From Mycobacterium leprae TN (GTDB lineage Bacteria > Actinomycetota > Actinomycetes > Mycobacteriales > Mycobacteriaceae), in the NCBI RefSeq assembly GCF_000195855.1, contig NC_002677.1, positions 2,880,001 to 2,912,000 of the forward strand: a stretch of DNA of 32,000 bases, given 5' to 3'. Position 1 is the first letter of the stretch. Every line of letters starts with the position of its first letter. The translations under genes and the position numbers were made by a program. Shown piece after piece: positions 30,117 to 32,000 of the stretch. The notes below the pieces were generated by a model. The model was not told where the DNA came from and did no database searches. It was given only the letters and a program-made list of their open reading frames with translations.

Positions 30117-31028
30117 ATGCTAGCGCTGCGCGACCCACTGAGGCGCCGCGGCAAAACAAACACCGACAAGCAGCGATGCGCGTCGGGTGTCTCCGTGTCA
30201 AGCTGTCCAGAATCTGGGTCTACCTTTGAATACGTGGCAAACTCACACCTGGAACCGGTGCATCCAGGGGAAGAGGTCGACTTGGATTTCACCCGTGAGT
30301 GGGTGGAGTTCTACGACCCGGACAATTCGGAGCAGCTAATCGCGGCCGATCTCACCTGGCTACTGTCACGGTGGACGTGCGTGTTCGGCACACCTGCGTG
30401 CAGGGGCACCGTGGCCGGTCGACCAGATGATGGCTGCTGCTCGCACGGCGCATTCCTGTCGGACGACGCCGACCGAACGCGCTTGGACGACGCGGTAAAA
30501 AAGCTCAGCCACGACGACTGGCAATTCCGCGAAAAAGGTTTGGGCCGTAAGGGTTATTTGGAACTCGACGAGCATGATGGCCAATCCCAATTCCGGACCC
30601 GAAAACACAAGAACGCTTGCATTTTCCTAAACCGACCCGGGTTCCCTATCGGCGCTGGCTGCGCGCTGCATAGCAAAGCCCTCAAGCTAGGCGTACCGCC
30701 GCGGACGATGAAACCCGATATTTGTTGGCAACTGCCGATCCGACACAGCCAGGAGTGGGTGACCAGGCCCGACGGCACCGAAATTCTCAAAACCACGGTC
30801 ACCGAATATGACCGCCGCAGCTGGGGCTCCGGCGGCGCGGATTTACATTGGTATTGCACCGGCGATCCGGCCAGCCATGTCGACAGTAAGCAGCTGTGGG
30901 AGAGCCTGGCCGACGAACTCACCGAACTACTTGGCGCGAAAGCCTACGCTAAGCTGGCGGCAATATGTAAGCGCCGCAACAGATTAGGTATCATCGCAGT
31001 GCACCCGGCGACGCAGGAGGCCAAATAG
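30117..31028 (+). CDS. Conserved hypothetical protein (Rv0495c-like), cysteine-rich
   Basis: [62 protein letters not shown]...[28 protein letters not shown]. Exact start uncertain (30117 is one candidate ATG). Confidence 0.88.
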   Translation: MLALRDPLRRRGKTNTDKQRCASGVSVSSCPESGSTFEYVANSHLEPVHPGEEVDLDFTREWVEFYDPDNSEQLIAADLTWLLSRWTCVFGTPACRGTVAGRPDDGCCSHGAFLSDDADRTRLDDAVKKLSHDDWQFREKGLGRKGYLELDEHDGQSQFRTRKHKNACIFLNRPGFPIGAGCALHSKALKLGVPPRTMKPDICWQLPIRHSQEWVTRPDGTEILKTTVTEYDRRSWGSGGADLHWYCTGDPASHVDSKQLWESLADELTELLGAKAYAKLAAICKRRNRLGIIAVHPATQEAK

Positions 31029-31039
31029 CACCAGGTTGG

Positions 31040-31760
31040 CCAGCACCGACAACCTAGCCCAATCGCAGCGGTATGCCACCTTCTTGGTACGATTCGAGCA
31101 TGCGCAGCGCGCTGGCCTATAGGCATGACTCAACCGACGAAGCGGCCGTCGCCGCGTCGCGCGGCAGCACAGCCTCAGGTATGGCCTGCAAGTCAACGAC
31201 CACCGAGGCGGGGTCGGCATAGGCTACCGGTGAGCTCATATTCGCGTCCACCGAAAGTGTGCTCGACCCAAACGATACAACAGCCCCAACACACAGTTGC
31301 GAATGCTTTGGATGAGGACCGGAAGTAGGCTAGGTAGGCCACCTGACGCGCCAGGGCCGTCTCGGCCCCACACATTCCGGCCAGCGCGACGCACAATGCC
31401 TCGACATCATCGAATGTGCTCCGGTCGGAGACCAGGCAGCCGATCAGAGAACCTAAGGCAGCGCGAATTTCAAACAGCTCGATCAGGAACTCGGAACCCA
31501 ATTTCCGCACCAACACCTCGACGACCGCGGGATATTAGGGCCGTCAGATCGCATACCACGCTGCCGTTCCCATTTCCGGCCTCGCTAAGTACCCATCTAC
31601 TGCATCCGGGCACGAGTCCGCCGGCAAGAACATGCCGTTAACACTGAGCTTGTTCAGCTCACTCCCGCTCAGGCTGCAGGATCTAGCTCGGCGGGAAAGC
31701 GCCGTCGAGGATGGCATCGGCCAATCGACACAGAGATTTGCTTAGCCACACGGTAACAAT
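31040..31760 (-). pseudogene. GntR/FadR-family transcriptional regulator (Rv0494-like) pseudogene
   Basis: Fragments: ADAILDGAFPPS*ILQPERE; GSVVCDLTAL; YPAVVEVLVRKLGSEFLIELFEIRAALGSLIG; WVEHTFGGREYELTG; C-terminal SAL/ASALRMLESYQ; several frameshifts and stops. Confidence 0.85.
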
Positions 31761-32000
31761 CAGACGGCTGAATCAGCCTTGATTGGTTCATTAACTCCAT
31801 CAATTAAAGTAAATAGACCTAATGAGATCGCCAAAACACAACTGCACATCCAGGCGACACAACCCGCTGAGCGTAGCGTCCGCTCGGCGACTAGTCGACC
31901 AGAGGTGGAGTAGTGGACGACCACCTGAGATCCACCCGCAGCCCCAACACTGGCAGGGTCAAGCCGAGCGCCTAGAAGACCTGGTAGCCACCCTGTCGGA

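Noticed and set aside
30092-30292. N-terminal 67-residue extension of the Ppx/GppA-like ORF
   Set aside because: It is antisense to the N-terminal part of the conserved Rv0495c-like gene, and the GTG at 30091 gives the expected N-terminus [16 protein letters not shown].
1-32000. CRISPR array, tRNA or rRNA genes
   Set aside because: No regularly spaced repeats with unique spacers and no tRNA-like or rRNA-like sequence recognised by eye; a dedicated scan (tRNAscan-SE, CRISPR finder) would be needed to exclude them formally.

Overview
The window looks like a Mycobacterium leprae-type chromosome segment. It is syntenic, in reverse orientation, with the M. tuberculosis Rv0529-to-Rv0494 region; this is inferred from gene order, recognisable proteins and heavy pseudogene decay. 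Intact genes are: a cytochrome c maturation/heme block (ccsA, resB, ccdA, thioredoxin-like, phosphoglycerate mutase-like, hemL); hemB-hemD-hemC-hemA; a SerB-like phosphatase; a MaoC/HadA-like protein; cmaA2; an acyltransferase; a GalE-like epimerase; the tiny ribosomal protein bS22; an excisionase-type HTH protein; proC; a TIM-barrel isomerase; a membrane protein; a Ppx/GppA phosphatase; and a conserved hypothetical. Between these lie decayed stretches at about 6.1-13.8 kb, 18.95-19.99 kb, 26.4-27.1 kb and 31.04-32 kb. By reading across frames I resolved several relics: a Doc/Fic-type toxin with a possible RHH antitoxin, a GabP-type permease, a lipoprotein-like AcpA/phospholipase-C-family phosphoesterase, an Rv0519c-like esterase, an acyltransferase-3/SGNH gene collapsed to its two ends, an Rv0513-like membrane protein, an Rv0508-like thioredoxin-fold protein, and a GntR/FadR regulator. 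I found two perfect tandem duplications (24 bp and 21 bp), one near-perfect 23-bp direct repeat, and a perfect 24-bp inverted repeat with a 10-nt loop. I did not find a convincing new functional system. No tRNA, rRNA, CRISPR array or intact mobile element is evident by eye.
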